Notes: a model not told the origin generated them from the letters alone. Shown: positions 11,401 through 24,811, counted from the stretch's first letter. The stretch is DNA of 64,000 nucleotides from Octopus sinensis (GCF_006345805.1 NC_042999.1:167462001-167526000), one strand, 5' to 3'. Program-made: numbers and translations.

Positions 11401-12660
11401 TGGGCCACGCACTACATCTGCATATCGGCTGTCGGAAGTAGATAGTGCGCTATTTTTACTTCTTTGATGTCTTTCCTTTTGTCCTCCTCGGGGAAGGGAG
11501 TGTTGTCTGGGACCCATGTGGTTTTGGCAGGGCTTCCGATGTGCAAAGCGACAATTTACAACCATTGTCACCATACTAGCAATACTAGTAGGTAGAATTT
11601 GTAAGTGCTCCTACTTTTGCCCTTGTAATTCCTGTACTTCTGTTGGGAGAGGGGGGTCCTCCATTTCGCACCAGCATTTTTGGTTGTTTCTTCTTTTTCC
11701 CTTTCTTTGACTCTTCGTTCTTCTTTGCTTTTGACAGTTTTTGTTCAGTTGGGTTTGTCTTCATCTTTTCCTCTTTCGGCTCTCACACCTCTTTGATCTT
11801 CTGACGTGTTAGAGGCCAAACCAGTATCATTGTTTCCCTCATTCGCAGGCCCCAACCAGATGTGACTTTTTTCTTGTTCTTTTGAGGGATTGTTGGGCCC
11901 TGACGGTTTCTTCAATCCTTTTTGTCATCCTTGGTGCAGTTACCTCCCAGGATGATGTCGGGGGAGTCTATATGCTATCTAATTAGAGAATAAAGAACGG
12001 AGAAATTTGCGTTTCTCCTGCTCAATTTGCGCTGTGGTTCTAGGAAAATTATTACTTTTAAGTGCTACTGCAATGATAAGGTTGGGTGCGTCACTTTTGA
12101 AGATCTTCCATGCGTGTACGAACAATTCCAGCTCTTTTGATGACCAGTTCTGTGACACCTTTACTAGGGATACGGGAGAGATATAGCGAAATAGTGGGGC
12201 AGAGAGAGAGAGAGAAGGAGATTGATCTGGGAAGGATACGGAGGAAGAGGGAAGGGAGAGAGTGAAATAGAAGGAGAGAGAGAGGAGGAGAGAGAAGGAG
12301 ATTGACCTGAGGAGACAGAGAGAAAAGCAGGGAGGGAAAGATACGAGGAAGAGGGGGATGGAGAGAGCGAAATAGAGGGACAGAGAGAGGAGGAGAGGGA
12401 AAGAGATTGACCTGACAGGGAGAGGAAAAGGCAGGGAGGGGAAGAGGGTGACAGTTCAGCAGAGGGAGGTAGATAGGGTAAGAAGAAACAGTAAGCGAAG
12501 TAGAGGTGCGAGAGAGAATGAGAGCGAAATGGCGGGAGGCAGAGAGAGGAAACTGTGAGACAATGGGATTTACCTGAAAGAGAGAGAAAGAGAGAGGCAG
12601 ATCAACAGAGGGAGAGATAGACAAGGGAGAGACAAGAGGGAAGATGAGAGAGAGAGAGAG
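8480..12660 (-). mobile_element. Degenerate near-full-length CR1-group LINE, copy C, with ORF1 and pyrimidine-rich 5' UTR
   Basis: Minus-strand ORF fragments: LASYADDTK, DFAKAFDKVDHG, NYRPISLTSH, ALVETHL, ERKRERYAVIYIWK. ORF1 pieces at 12158-12005 and 11574-11251. Confidence 0.92.
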
Positions 12661-12911
12661 TCAGAAAGGGAGGGTGGATTGCATAGCTAAAACGTGCAGA
12701 TATTGTTTGTATATCCACACTAGCATAAACTTTACAAAGAGGGAAGATAAAACAGAGAGGAGGGGATGGATTGTATAGTTATGAACGTGTAGATATTATA
12801 TCTATATCTACACCAGCATAAGCGTTACGGGGGGTAAGCAGATAGATAGACAAGAATTAGCGAGAGGGGGGAAAGACTATGGCAGGGATGAGCAAGCCAT
12901 ATATTTGTGTA

Positions 12912-12965
<54 letters not shown>

Positions 12966-13049
12966 CATACACACACGACCGTCTGTATGCGCGTACGAGT
13001 GTATATATTGTTATCCTGATGATATTTCGTGTATATATATATATAAAGT

Positions 13050-13215
13050 TAATACAAAGAGAAAACACAACAACGCGAGGACGTGGAACAATTACAGTGT
13101 TATTGGACGCTCAGGAAAGGAAAGAAAAAAGGAGGATTTAACGTTTCGAGCGGATCTCTTCGTCAGAAAAATAGGAAAACGAAAGATCCAAGGAAGGGAA
13201 GCCAGAGGAAAAGAC
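13050..13215 (-). mobile_element. Solo PLE pseudo-LTR fragment (Neptune-like)
   Basis: Shares the acgctcagg...cgtttcgagc..ctctt..cagaaa arrangement with the 3' end of the Neptune-like copy at 16420-16530. Confidence 0.65.
13137..13169 (-). ncRNA. Minimal type I hammerhead ribozyme
   Basis: ttt-CTGACGA-a-gag-atccg-ctc-GAAA-cgtt-aaa on the minus strand: intact core, 3-bp stem II, weak stem I. Confidence 0.65.
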
Positions 13216-13245
13216 ATTATATATATATATATATATATATATATA

Positions 13246-14141
13246 CTAGCTTAAGGTGACCCGCTCTACGCGCGGGTAAGAGTGTGGTTGTTACTTTCTG
13301 TTGCTTCCTTTCTGTTTTTTATCACCACATTCTCCCTCTTTGTTTCCCTCTCCTTTCTCCCTCACTTTCCCACTCTCTTAATCTTCCTTTCTCTCGGACT
13401 CTCCCTCGCTTTCTCTTACTTTCTATCTTTCTCTATCTATCTCTCTCCCATTTATAAACAACAAAAGATCTTGAGTAAGTTGAGAAAGAATATATTTTGA
13501 AAGATCAATCATAAATATCAAGCAGTGACAACGGAAAGGTCTGCTTCAAGGCAGACAGCAAAACACTAACATTTAAAAGGGAAAGACGAACTTGCGAGCT
13601 GAATAAAATTTTTAAAATATTGGAAACCAAAGTTTGAAGGGATAGAATCTGAGGATAGTAGAGTCACCATGACTGGCATTTCTTAACGACGGAGAGCAAC
13701 GTAGTGGCAGTTTAACGGCTGGCGTAAAATTTTGAACTTGATGTAAAAGAAAATTCCTGAACACCAAGTTTTAAAATGATTTTTTCTCACGACAGTAGAC
13801 TCACCATGGCAAGCATTCAAAACTTCTTCATGGACGGCAACACATTGAAGATTTAAAGGCTGGTGCAAATTTTTTTAGCTTAATGTAACAGAGAATTCCT
13901 AAACACCCGCTCCTGTAAAATTTAATCCCCTTCCAGCCCCATTTAGACCCCTTTTCACATTTTCGTCAATAAAACTCGATTTCATTCGGGTCTACTCGGG
14001 CCACATTTTATAAGGTGAGGAATTTTGCCCTAGAGGTCACGCCTTTCATTTGAGGAAAAAAATAGTTGCCATGCAAACTCGCCGGCACTTTTAGCATAGG
14101 TGCGCATATTTTCAGCTCAACCGACCATATAATGCACACAT

Positions 14142-14176
<35 letters not shown>

Positions 14177-14333
14177 TAAATATATATATGTACATATATA
14201 CGCATTATATATGTGTGTATGTGTATACGCATTATATATACAAATGTATACAAATTATATATATATATATGTGTGTGTGCGTGTGTGGGTATATATATAC
14301 GCATTAAATATATATATGTACATATATACGCAT

Positions 14334-14374
<41 letters not shown>

Positions 14375-14434
14375 TGTACGCATTATATATACAAATGTAT
14401 ACAAATTATATATATATGTGCGTGTGTATATATA

Positions 14435-14501
<67 letters not shown>

Positions 14502-15044
14502 ATACAGATATATACACTTTGTATAGATACATTATATATACATATTTATATATAGAACACACGCACACACACACACACATATATAAATTAACCCAATAAA
14601 TATCTGCTTCATAATATTTGTTCTCATGATTGTGTGGTGGTGATAATAATTCTCTTTATGAATGCAGACAGACATAGAGAAAGAGAGAGAGAGTGAGGAT
14701 GCTGGAGAAAGAGTGAAGGGGGTGGGGGAAAGATAGTAGACGCTCTCTATAACGACGTTATAGAGAGAAAGTGAAAGGAAGGGAGGAAAGAGAGAGAGAG
14801 ACGGAGGAAGACAGGCAGATAAAAGAATGAGAGAAGACTTGTCAAAGTGTGCGTTTTTTGCCCTAGTAACCACACTTTTTAAGATAGGGATTTCTAACCT
14901 AGCCCACTAACATTTTCACCTCACTTTACATGTCCCTGTCAATTTTAGAGTCAATCCGACGGGATCTAGTGCCCTTTAACCCGTTCCAATGCCAAAACCA
15001 GGCAAACAAACAAACCTTTCGCATTTCAGATTTATAGATATTGA
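13246..15044 (-). mobile_element. Non-autonomous Helitron (family H2), copy 1
   Basis: Minus strand: TC start, cccgc-gcgtaga-gcggg hairpin, CTAG|T end; internal microsatellite. Confidence 0.8.
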
Positions 15045-16300
15045 CTAGCTTAAGGTGACCCGCTCTACGTGGTGGTGAGGTTGTGGTTGTTACTTTCTGT
15101 TGCTTCCTTTCTGTTTCTTATCGCCACATTCTTCCTCTTTGTTTCTCTATCCTTTCTCATTTTCCCACTGTCTTACTCTTCCTTTCTCTCGGACTTTACC
15201 TCGCTTTCTCTTACTCTTTCTCTTTCTCTATCTGTCTCTCTGCCATTTATAAAAAAATTAGATTTCCGTGTTTAAATTACAAATCCGCTTCCACTTTACC
15301 ATGTTGAAAATTTGATTGAAATTGGGCAAAAGTTGTCCGATCTAGACCACCAAGTGTCCCCCAAAATCAATAAAATCCCAGTTTTCACACCAAAGCAACC
15401 ACTGTAGCGCCACAAAACGTCTCCCAATCAATTTCCTTCCTCAAGTTACCCCCTCCTGTAAATTTGAATCCCCCTTCCAGCACCATTTAGACCCCTTTTT
15501 ACATAAAAATCCAATGTTTGTCTACGTTCGTCTTCTTCATTAGATTGGCATCTAATCTTATCTACAAGATAAGATTAGATGCCAATCGCGCCAATCTGGG
15601 GGGGGGACTTAAAGCCCCATTGAATCTTCTCACCATAGCAACCACATCTTTCCAGATGGTGCGCTTTAACCTACTCATCTCTCTGCTTCATCACGCCTTC
15701 TATGCCTGTGTCAATTTTCAGCTCGATCTGACCACTGGTGTGACCGCCAACGTGCACACAATGTTGACCCAAAGCCTCTTTTATATATATAGATAGCAGA
15801 GAAACCCGGTCTTGCTCAGGATTAAAATAGTTTATCATTGTTTTATTTGTTTCAGTATTATAACTCGATTTCATTCGGGTCTACGCGGGCCACACTTTAA
15901 AGATGAGGAATTTTGGCCTAGAGGCCAAACCTTTCAATTGAGCAAACTCAAAGTTGCCATGCAACTCGCCAGGACTGAATCATACCATATTTACTAACAC
16001 TCTTGCCTGTATAATTGCTTGTGAGACAACGTCTGCTTTTCACATATATGTTGTAGACCTACAGAGCTACCCGATCTTACTTGGGATTAAAATGGCATAG
16101 TTTCTTCATTGTTTTACTTGTTTGGTTAATATAAGCCGATTTCATTCGGGTGTAATCGGGTCACATTTTAAAAGATTAGGAATTTTGTCCTAGAGGTCAC
16201 GCCTTTCATTTGAGGAAAAAAATAGTTGTCATGCAAACTCGCCGGCATTTTTAACATAGGTGTGCATATTTTCAGCTCAACCGACCTCATAATGCACACG

Positions 16301-16341
<41 letters not shown>

Positions 16342-18211
16342 TATATGTGTGTGTGTGTGTGTGTGTACATATATATATGTACATATATACGCGTTAAATA
16401 TATATATAGGGAGAGTTTACGAAAAAAACAAAAGACGAAGACAGGTGGTGTACAAAACAAACAGATGTATTAATATAACGCTCAGGAATAGTCTGCGTTT
16501 CGAGCCTACGCTCTTCTACAGAAAGGGACACAGAAAAAACAAGGAGAGAAAACAATGTGTGTAGTGGCTAACGATCTATCATGGCGACTAGTGCCGGACA
16601 GAAGGGTCAAACACGAGAAGGAAAGTAGGGGAGATAACAAGGTAAAGATGACCTCCAACACGAAGGAGCGCCCAACACAAAGGTGCGTGTGTGTATAAGA
16701 GAGTATGTATGTGCGTGTGAAAGAGAGCTGGTGGTCTGGACGTGTGTGTGTATGTATGTGTAGGTGTGAAGATGTGGGGATGGGTGTGTGGGTGGTGTGT
16801 TGTGATGTGTAATGTTGTATGGTGTAGTGTGGTGTGGTGTGATGTTGTTGGGAGGTGGGAGAGGCGAGAGTGTGGAAAGCACGGGTGGGGTGTGGGTTCG
16901 GCTGGGGGTTGGCGTAGAATTGGAGTTTGTGGGTAGGCAGAGGGTGGGGGTCGAGGTGGGGTATGTGGGGAAGGGTGTGGGATAGGATGGGGGATAGGGA
17001 AGGATAGGGAAGGTGGAGTAGGGATGTGTAGGGGTGGGTCGGTGGGTTTATGGGGGGAGGGGAAGGTGGGTATGTGAGGAGAGAGAGGAGGAGAGAAAAG
17101 AGAAAGAGAGTAAGAGAGAAGAGGGAAAGAGAGCAGGGGTGAAGAGAAGTAGCAGTGAAGAGAAGTAGGAGTTGGGGCAAGAGAGGAGAGTTGGGTGGGA
17201 AGAAGGAGGAGGAAGAGGGGAGAGAGGAGAGGAGAGTGAGGGAGCAGAGAGAAAGAGAAAAGAGAGAAAGAGAATAAGGGAGAAGAGGGAAAGCGAGTAG
17301 AGGTGAAAAGATGTAAGAGAAATAGGAGTCGGGGAGGAGGTTAGATGAAGAGGGGAGGAGAGTTGAGCCCAAATAGCGTAAAAGAGTGAAGAAAGAAGAT
17401 TAATCCCTGTTCACGGCGCAAACGGGTGTCCGGATGACCTCTGTGCAAGGACCACCCGAAAACAGACAGGTGTTGCAAGGAGTGACCGGTGGAGCGGAAA
17501 TGGCGTGAGACTGAGGTGTCATTGCTGAGGCGATGTCTCGGAGGTGTTCCGCAAAGCGGTCAGCCAAGCGGCGTCCCGTTTGTCCGATGTACAGGGAATG
17601 GCAGAGAGAGCAGGAGATGCAATAGATGATATTGCTGGAGGTGTAGGTGAAGGAGTTGTTGATGCGATAGGGTCGATGATGAGTACCGGTGAGGAGGGTG
17701 ATGTTGGAGAGGTAAGGGCAAGTGCGGCAGCGAGGGCGGGAGCAGGGGAACGAGCCAGGTTGGGTGGTAGGGTTGGGGAAAAAGCTGTGGACCAAGAGGT
17801 CTCGTAGGTTGTGGGCTCGTTTGAAGGAGGGGAGGGGTCAGTTAGGGAAGATGTGTGAAGCGGACGGGTCGGACTGGAGATGCCGGAAATATCGGAGAAT
17901 GGTGCGTTGGAGAGGTAGGGTGGTGGGGTGGTAGGTGAGGGAAAAGGGAGGCGGGAGACTGCAGGGCGGGTTCAGAGGAAGAGAGCAGATGCACGGTTCA
18001 CGGAACGTGCTCTGGCAAGGGCGGTGTGGATAGTGGTGAGGGGATATCCTCGTAGGATGAAGTGGCGAGCCATGAGTTGAGACTGAGTCTCAAAGTCATG
18101 GTCGTCACTACAGAGCCTGCGTAGACGGAGGAATTGGGAATGTACATATATACGCATTATATATTATATGTGTGTGTGTGTACGCATTATATATACAAAT
18201 GTATACAAATT

Positions 18212-18252
<41 letters not shown>

Positions 18253-18425
18253 CAGATATATACATTTTGTAAATATACATTATATATACATATTTATATA
18301 TAGATACAGACACACACACACATATATATAAATTAACCCAATAAATATCTGATTCATAATATTTGTTCTCATGATTGTGTGGTGGTTGTGGCGATAGTAA
18401 AACTCTCTATGAATGCAGACAGACG

Positions 18426-18462
<37 letters not shown>

Positions 18463-18804
18463 AGGCGTTGGAGGAAAGAGTGACAGCGCTGGTGAATGCG
18501 GCGGGGGAAAGATAGTAGATGCTGTCAAACGTCGTTATAGAGAGAAAGTGATGGTAAGGGAGGAAACATAGAGAGACGGAGGAAGACAGGCAGATAAAAG
18601 AATGAGAGAAGACTTGTCAAAGTGTGCGTTTTTTTCCCTAGTAACCACACCTTTTAAGATAGCCCACTTACATCCTCACCTCATTTTACGTGTCCCTGTA
18701 AATTTTGGAGTCAATCCGACGGAATCTCGTGCCCTTTAACCCGTTCCAATGCCAAAACCAAACAAACAAACAAACTTTTCTCATTTCAGATTTATAGATA
18801 TTGA
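15045..18804 (-). mobile_element. Non-autonomous Helitron (family H2), copy 2, in tandem with copy 1 and interrupted by a PLE
   Basis: 15045-15255 matches 13246-13460; 18260-18804 matches 14520-15044; A|TC at 18804. Confidence 0.8.
16390..18140 (-). mobile_element. 5'-truncated Penelope-like element, Neptune-like (RT thumb, Cys-rich linker, GIY-YIG, low-complexity 3' region, pLTR)
   Basis: SQFLRLRRLCS..RGYP (17972-18140); CSRPRCRTC, NIIYCISCSLC..LYIGQTGRRLADRFAEH (17400-17795); hammerhead-like motif at 16491-16524. Confidence 0.9.
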
Positions 18805-19587
18805 TGATTATCTTACCTTCGGCAGGCTTACGGCTGGTTCAAAAGCTCTTACATTTAGCAGAGGGAAAGATATAAACAATAACAAATTTCCGATATTAGT
18901 AGTTTCAGAATTTTTCAGTATTTTTTGTTTCAAAAATTGCAGTTTCATAAATCGTTATTCACCGAAGATATGAGGAATAACAAGTGTGACCAGTGTAGCT
19001 ATCGTGTTTTGCTTTTTCCTTTCTATTTACATTTATATCCAAGTACAACACGTGCTGACGGCAACCATATATTGAAATCAACTGTGTACCTTGGTGCCGG
19101 AAGGGTATTCCTAGTAAATAAATGTACTATTATTGAAAGGGAATATATTCTTTTAAAATGTAACTTACGGATAATAACCAATTCCATGCTCCTCCAGGTT
19201 CTGGACATTTTTATGGATATTTTATTTATTCATCTATCTATTTTTAAAAATTTAACATTGTGATGGATGGTAGTGAAGAAATAGAGAAAGAAAGTGTGTC
19301 TATATATTTAAAGAGATTGAGCGGGTGAGAGAAGATAGGAAGATAGGGAGAGAGGGAGAGAGTGAGAGAATGTTCGTGTCTATATATTTAGGAAGATTGA
19401 GAGGCTGAGAGAAGCAAGTCGGTGTGACAGAGAGAAGTGAAGAGACAGAGAAAGAGGCGTGATGTAGAGAAGTGAAGTGACAGAGAGAGAAAGAGAGAGA
19501 GAGGGGTATGTATTTATATCAGAGGTTGAGGGTCTAACTGAGAGAAGAAAGACTGTGTGTTAGATATATATATATTTATATATATAT

Positions 19588-19657
<70 letters not shown>

Positions 19658-19752
19658 CATACATATATATAATATATATATATATACATATATATGTATA
19701 TTATATTATATATATATACATATATATATGTATATATATATATATATATATG

Positions 19753-19790
<38 letters not shown>

Positions 19791-19877
19791 TATTAGAGAC
19801 AAAACCACTATTTTGCAAAACAAACAAGGAAAAACTTAATCAATACATAAAATTTTAATAAATAGTCAAAAAAACCG

Positions 19878-19920
19878 CCACTACAATTGTTTCTTGTCTT
19901 GATCGACAATCTTCAGGTGG
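19878..19920 (-). ncRNA. Second identical hammerhead in the inverted 5' pLTR copy
   Basis: Reverse complement of 24812-24854. Confidence 0.85.
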
Positions 19921-19974
19921 ACTTCCAATCTAAAATATCAATATTTTAAAATATAAAAATAATAATACTATATA

Positions 19975-20363
19975 TAAGGAGAATTATAATGTTAATTATT
20001 TAGATGTTAATTTTAATCTTATTACAGGTAAAACACAACCATATCATAAACTTAATGAGAACCTTAGATATATAAATGTTAATAGTAATCACCCATTTTC
20101 TATTAAAAAATCGTTGATTAATAATATAAGTAAACGTATTTCATTACTCTCTTATGATATAGAGATTTTTAATAAACATGCTAATTATTATAATGAGGCC
20201 CTTAGAGGGGCAGGTTATAATAGGAATATTAAATTTTATAATATTAGTGATAAAGATTTAATTGATAATTTTCGAGATACTTCTAATAATAATTATAATT
20301 TTGTTAGGTTTAGTGGTAAAAATAATAGATTATTAAAAAAATAATAAAAATGATAAAAATATA

Positions 20364-20394
<31 letters not shown>

Positions 20395-21306
20395 TAATAA
20401 TATAATAATATAAATAAGAATAATAAAAATAAAAATAAATTTAATAATTATTATAATAATTATATTGATAAAATTAATAATATTAATAATTCCTTAAATG
20501 CTGTACATAGATATAATTTTGATAATAATTTTAATAAAATAAAGAATTATAAATATATTTATAATAATGATAATAATAATAAGGTTATTAAGAATAAAAT
20601 ATGGTTAATAGTTCCTTATGGAGATCAAGTAAAAACGAATATTATTAAGAGATTTTAGATGTTATAGAACTATTTATTAGAGAAATCGTTTAAATATAGA
20701 AACATTTTCTCTTTTAATAATTTTGGAGTTGGTTATTCTACCACTAATAATGTTGGTAACATTATTTCTTCATTTAATAAATATAAACTGAATAATTTTT
20801 ATAAAAAGAAATTATTTGATAATAATATTAATAATGATAAGACTTATATTAATTGTACATGTAGAGATAAATCTAATTGTATATTAAAAATAATTGTGAT
20901 ATTAACGATGTAGTTGTATAAATGTATAGTTACATTACATGATAATTACTTTAAGAATAATAATTACCCAAAAGCGGTTTATATAGGTTCTACTTCCTCA
21001 AAAATAAAACTAAGAATCGCACAACATATGAATTCTTTTAAAAATAAAAACTTAATCAACTCAACCGGACTTAGTAAGTACATTTGGAGTCTTAAATCAC
21101 TAAATATTAATTATAGTTTAATTTGGGAAATAATTTGTAAAACTAAATCATATACTATAGGAGCTAATTGTTGTTATTTATGCTCTAATGAGTTTAAAGA
21201 AATTTTATTTTATAAGTATGATAATTTACTTAATACTGGTGAAGAGCGCAAAATAAAATGCAGACATAAGTTACTTTACCTATATAATAAGTTTCATGAT
21301 AAATAG
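19975..21306 (+). pseudogene. Naiad-like RT C-terminus plus GIY-YIG endonuclease, disrupted
   Basis: ORFs 20114-20344 and 20914-21306 plus an interposed linker with stops and frameshifts. Confidence 0.85.
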
Positions 21307-24300
21307 CAATAATAGTTCCCTATTAGGTTACTTTAGTTTAGTTTAAATTAGTTTAGATAATATATTTTTTGGTTATGTAGTCTAGGCTTTAATTATAGTT
21401 AGTCTTTATTGATATTTCTTTGTTTTAATTAGTTCATTTTTAATGTATATTAATATAACAGTTTATGGTATGTTAAAACTTTAATAATTTATATTAGATT
21501 TTTTTATTTTCTTTATTTATATATTTTTTTATTTTTATTTTATTTTATTATGTATTTTTATTATGCATTTGTTATATGTATTTTGGAGGATATATTTATA
21601 TGTTGATGGGTGTTATTTAGTGGTGTTTTTATTGAGTTTTGTATGTATGTGTGAATGTTTACGATCCCTTTGGTTTTTTGTTTTTTATTTGGTATGTTGA
21701 ATTGACAGATTTTATTTGGGTATTGTCTGTTATAATAAAGTATACACACCCATAACAAATATAAGTGCCCACTTCATTCGCGCGTACCTGGAATTGCATG
21801 TGAGCCTCAACATGTACACCAAACGGCCACTCCCGCCTTATACGGACAAATAAACACATACATCCCCAAAAATGGGCGTAATCCCACTCACACCAATCAT
21901 ATGTATACAATTATACACACTAGAATAATACATAACTAACCCAAATATACAGAACATATTAAAAATCACCAACAAACCACCATCACAAATGAAACCTACA
22001 CCCATACAATGACAAAACTCCCCCCTCTATACCCAATTTACACCCACATAACAATCCCAATATATTCATCCATACATGGACGCACGTGCGTGAAGCACAT
22101 GCACTTAATAAATACGTACAACCCCCCAATACACACTCATATACATACGTATCAAGCTCGACATCCACAGCAATACGCTTACACCCATTCACACCCAGAT
22201 GGGTGAATTGCACAACCAGGGAACGCACACACACACGTGTGCGTATTTTGATTGTGCAACTCGCCCATATGCATGTATGCGGGCGCGATTACATTGTTGC
22301 ACATATCGAGCCCAACTAGCATGCATATGTACATGTGAGGGGGTACACGTACATGCCGTGCGCGTGTACACCCTGCATTTATACCCGTGCGTGAATATAC
22401 ACATGGAGACTACCACACAGGTACAAATGTGTATAGTAATGGGAGCCCCATCACTACACTCAATGTATACTCTCACCCATCCGCACGGATTGAAAGCGAA
22501 TCTCCGGTGTATATGTTGAGGCTTATATGTAGCGCTGTGGAGTTGAACGTCGTTGAAATTGTGAATGAATGGGTGGAGTTGGGAATTGTAACCGGGTGGT
22601 GGGCTAGCGTTGCTTGGAATTGGGAATGGAATAGTGTAGTAGTAAGGCAGGTATCGAGAATAGATTTGGGTTACTGCAAGTTGTTTGTTAGAGCTGCTAA
22701 GATGAGCTAAAGCTCATAATTGTATATAATAATTTATTATGGTAGTTTTATTAAAGAATCCATTCATAATAAATTTTTTTTTTTAAGTAGTGTTGGTTTG
22801 CCACGTGGATATAGTTTTTAGTTCCATTTATTCTATTTCTCCATTCATAATTTTAAATGACGTTTACTTTCCATGGCGCGTATTCTTTTTTTTTACATAA
22901 GTTATATTTCTATGGTAACGTAATTTTAGTTTGGTTTTTTTAACGGCTAAGAATTTAATTTCACTTCATAATTTGAAACTGACTTGTAAGTATGTATTTT
23001 ATTCTCCTTATGTCATATTGTTATTTTTGATATTCTGGTTAATTACGATGTATTTAATGTTGTTTTTTATTGGAGTGTTTATGTATATGAGATTGTGTGT
23101 GAGTTTTTAGTTGTATAATTTATTTATCTGTATGAGTGTGGGTGTGTAAATATTGTTGTATATATCGAGTTTAGTGAGTATGTATATGCGTATATGTGAG
23201 GGAGTATATGTATCTGTTGTGTGTGTGTGTTTGTGTGTGTGTGTTTGTGTGTGAATGTGTATATGGGTTTGTTATTTAGGTTTTGGGATGTACGTGTTAA
23301 TTTGTCTGTGTGGGGAGGGAGTGGATTTTTGGTGTATATTGAGGTTTATAAGTTAGTATAGGTATGTGTATAAGTCGTGGGTCTGTGGTTTACGTGTGTG
23401 TTTTGTGTGTGAATGTTTAGGTTAGGGGGATTGCTATATAGGTTTGTTATAGAGTTTAGCAAAGGGAGATTTTATCGTTATATGTTTTTAAGAGTTTTGG
23501 TTTATCATGGTTTTTTTTAGGGAATTCGTGGTAATTTGTCTATTTTCGTTGTTGGTTGTTTTATTACATTGTTTCATTCATAATTTTTGAGTGGTGTTCG
23601 TTTTGCCACGTGAATATTATTTTTAATTCCATTTATTCCATTTCTCCATTCATTATTTTAAAAGATGTTCGTTTCCAGAGCGGTTATACTTTTTATACAT
23701 ATGTTAAGTTCCTTGGTAAAGTAATTTTGTTTGGTGTATATGTTGAGGCTTATATGTACTTGTGGGTGTGTGTGAGTGGGGTGGGTGTTTGTATTTGTTA
23801 TGGGTGTGTGGTTTACGTGTGTGTATTTGTGTGTGAATGTATAGGTTAAAGGGATTGCTATATAAGTATGTTATAGTGTTTAGTAAAGGGAGGTTTTATC
23901 ATTTATGTTTTGTGAGTTTTAGCTTATCATGGTAGTTTTATAAAAGAATCCATTCATAATTTTTGTGTTTATTTGTCTGTGTGGGGTTGAGTGGGTTTTT
24001 GGAGTATATGTTGAGGTTTATATGTATGTATAGGTATGTGTAAGTGGTGTGGGTATTTGTATATGTCGTGGGTGTGTGGTTTACGTGTGTGTATTTGTGT
24101 GTGAATGTTTAGGTTAGGGGGATTGCTATATAGGTATGTTATAGAGTTTAGTAAAGGGAGATTTTATCATTATATGTTTTTATGAGTTTTGGTTTATCAT
24201 GGTAGGTTTGTTAAGGAATTCGTAGTAATTTGTGTCTATTTGCGATGTCTGTTGTTTTATTGCATTGTTTCATTCATAATTTTTAAGTAGTGTTCGTTTT

Positions 24301-24811
24301 ACCAAGTGAATATAATTTTTAATTCCATTTATTCTATTTCTCCGTTCATAATTTTAAGTGATGTCCGTTTTCTAGAGCGTGAATGTGGGTTGTATGTGTG
24401 TGTGTGTGTGGGAGTATGAATAAGTATTGTGTTGAAGTATTTAGCTATTTTATTTATTTATAGTTGCCTAGACGTTTTTATGTGTATGTATAGGGATATA
24501 TATATAGGGGTGTGATTTAGTGTATGTAGTTAGATATGGTTATATATAATTAGGTATATGTGTATGGGTGTATATATAGTTTATTATTATATTATTATTA
24601 TTTTTTGTTTTGTTTTATATTTTATATTTTATATTTTATATTTAATTGTTGATAGGTTTATTTTAGTTTATATATTGTTTATATATTGATTATATATGGA
24701 TTATATATAGGTTATATATGGATTATATATTTATATTTTTTCATTCATACTTTAATTATTTTAAAATTATTATTTTTATATTTTAAAATATTGATATTTT
24801 AGATTGGAAGT

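Noticed and set aside
20850-21290. Selenoprotein-type Naiad (UGA at conserved Cys positions)
   Set aside because: The conserved Cys codons I read are TGT/TGC; no in-frame TGA at those sites and no SECIS recognised.
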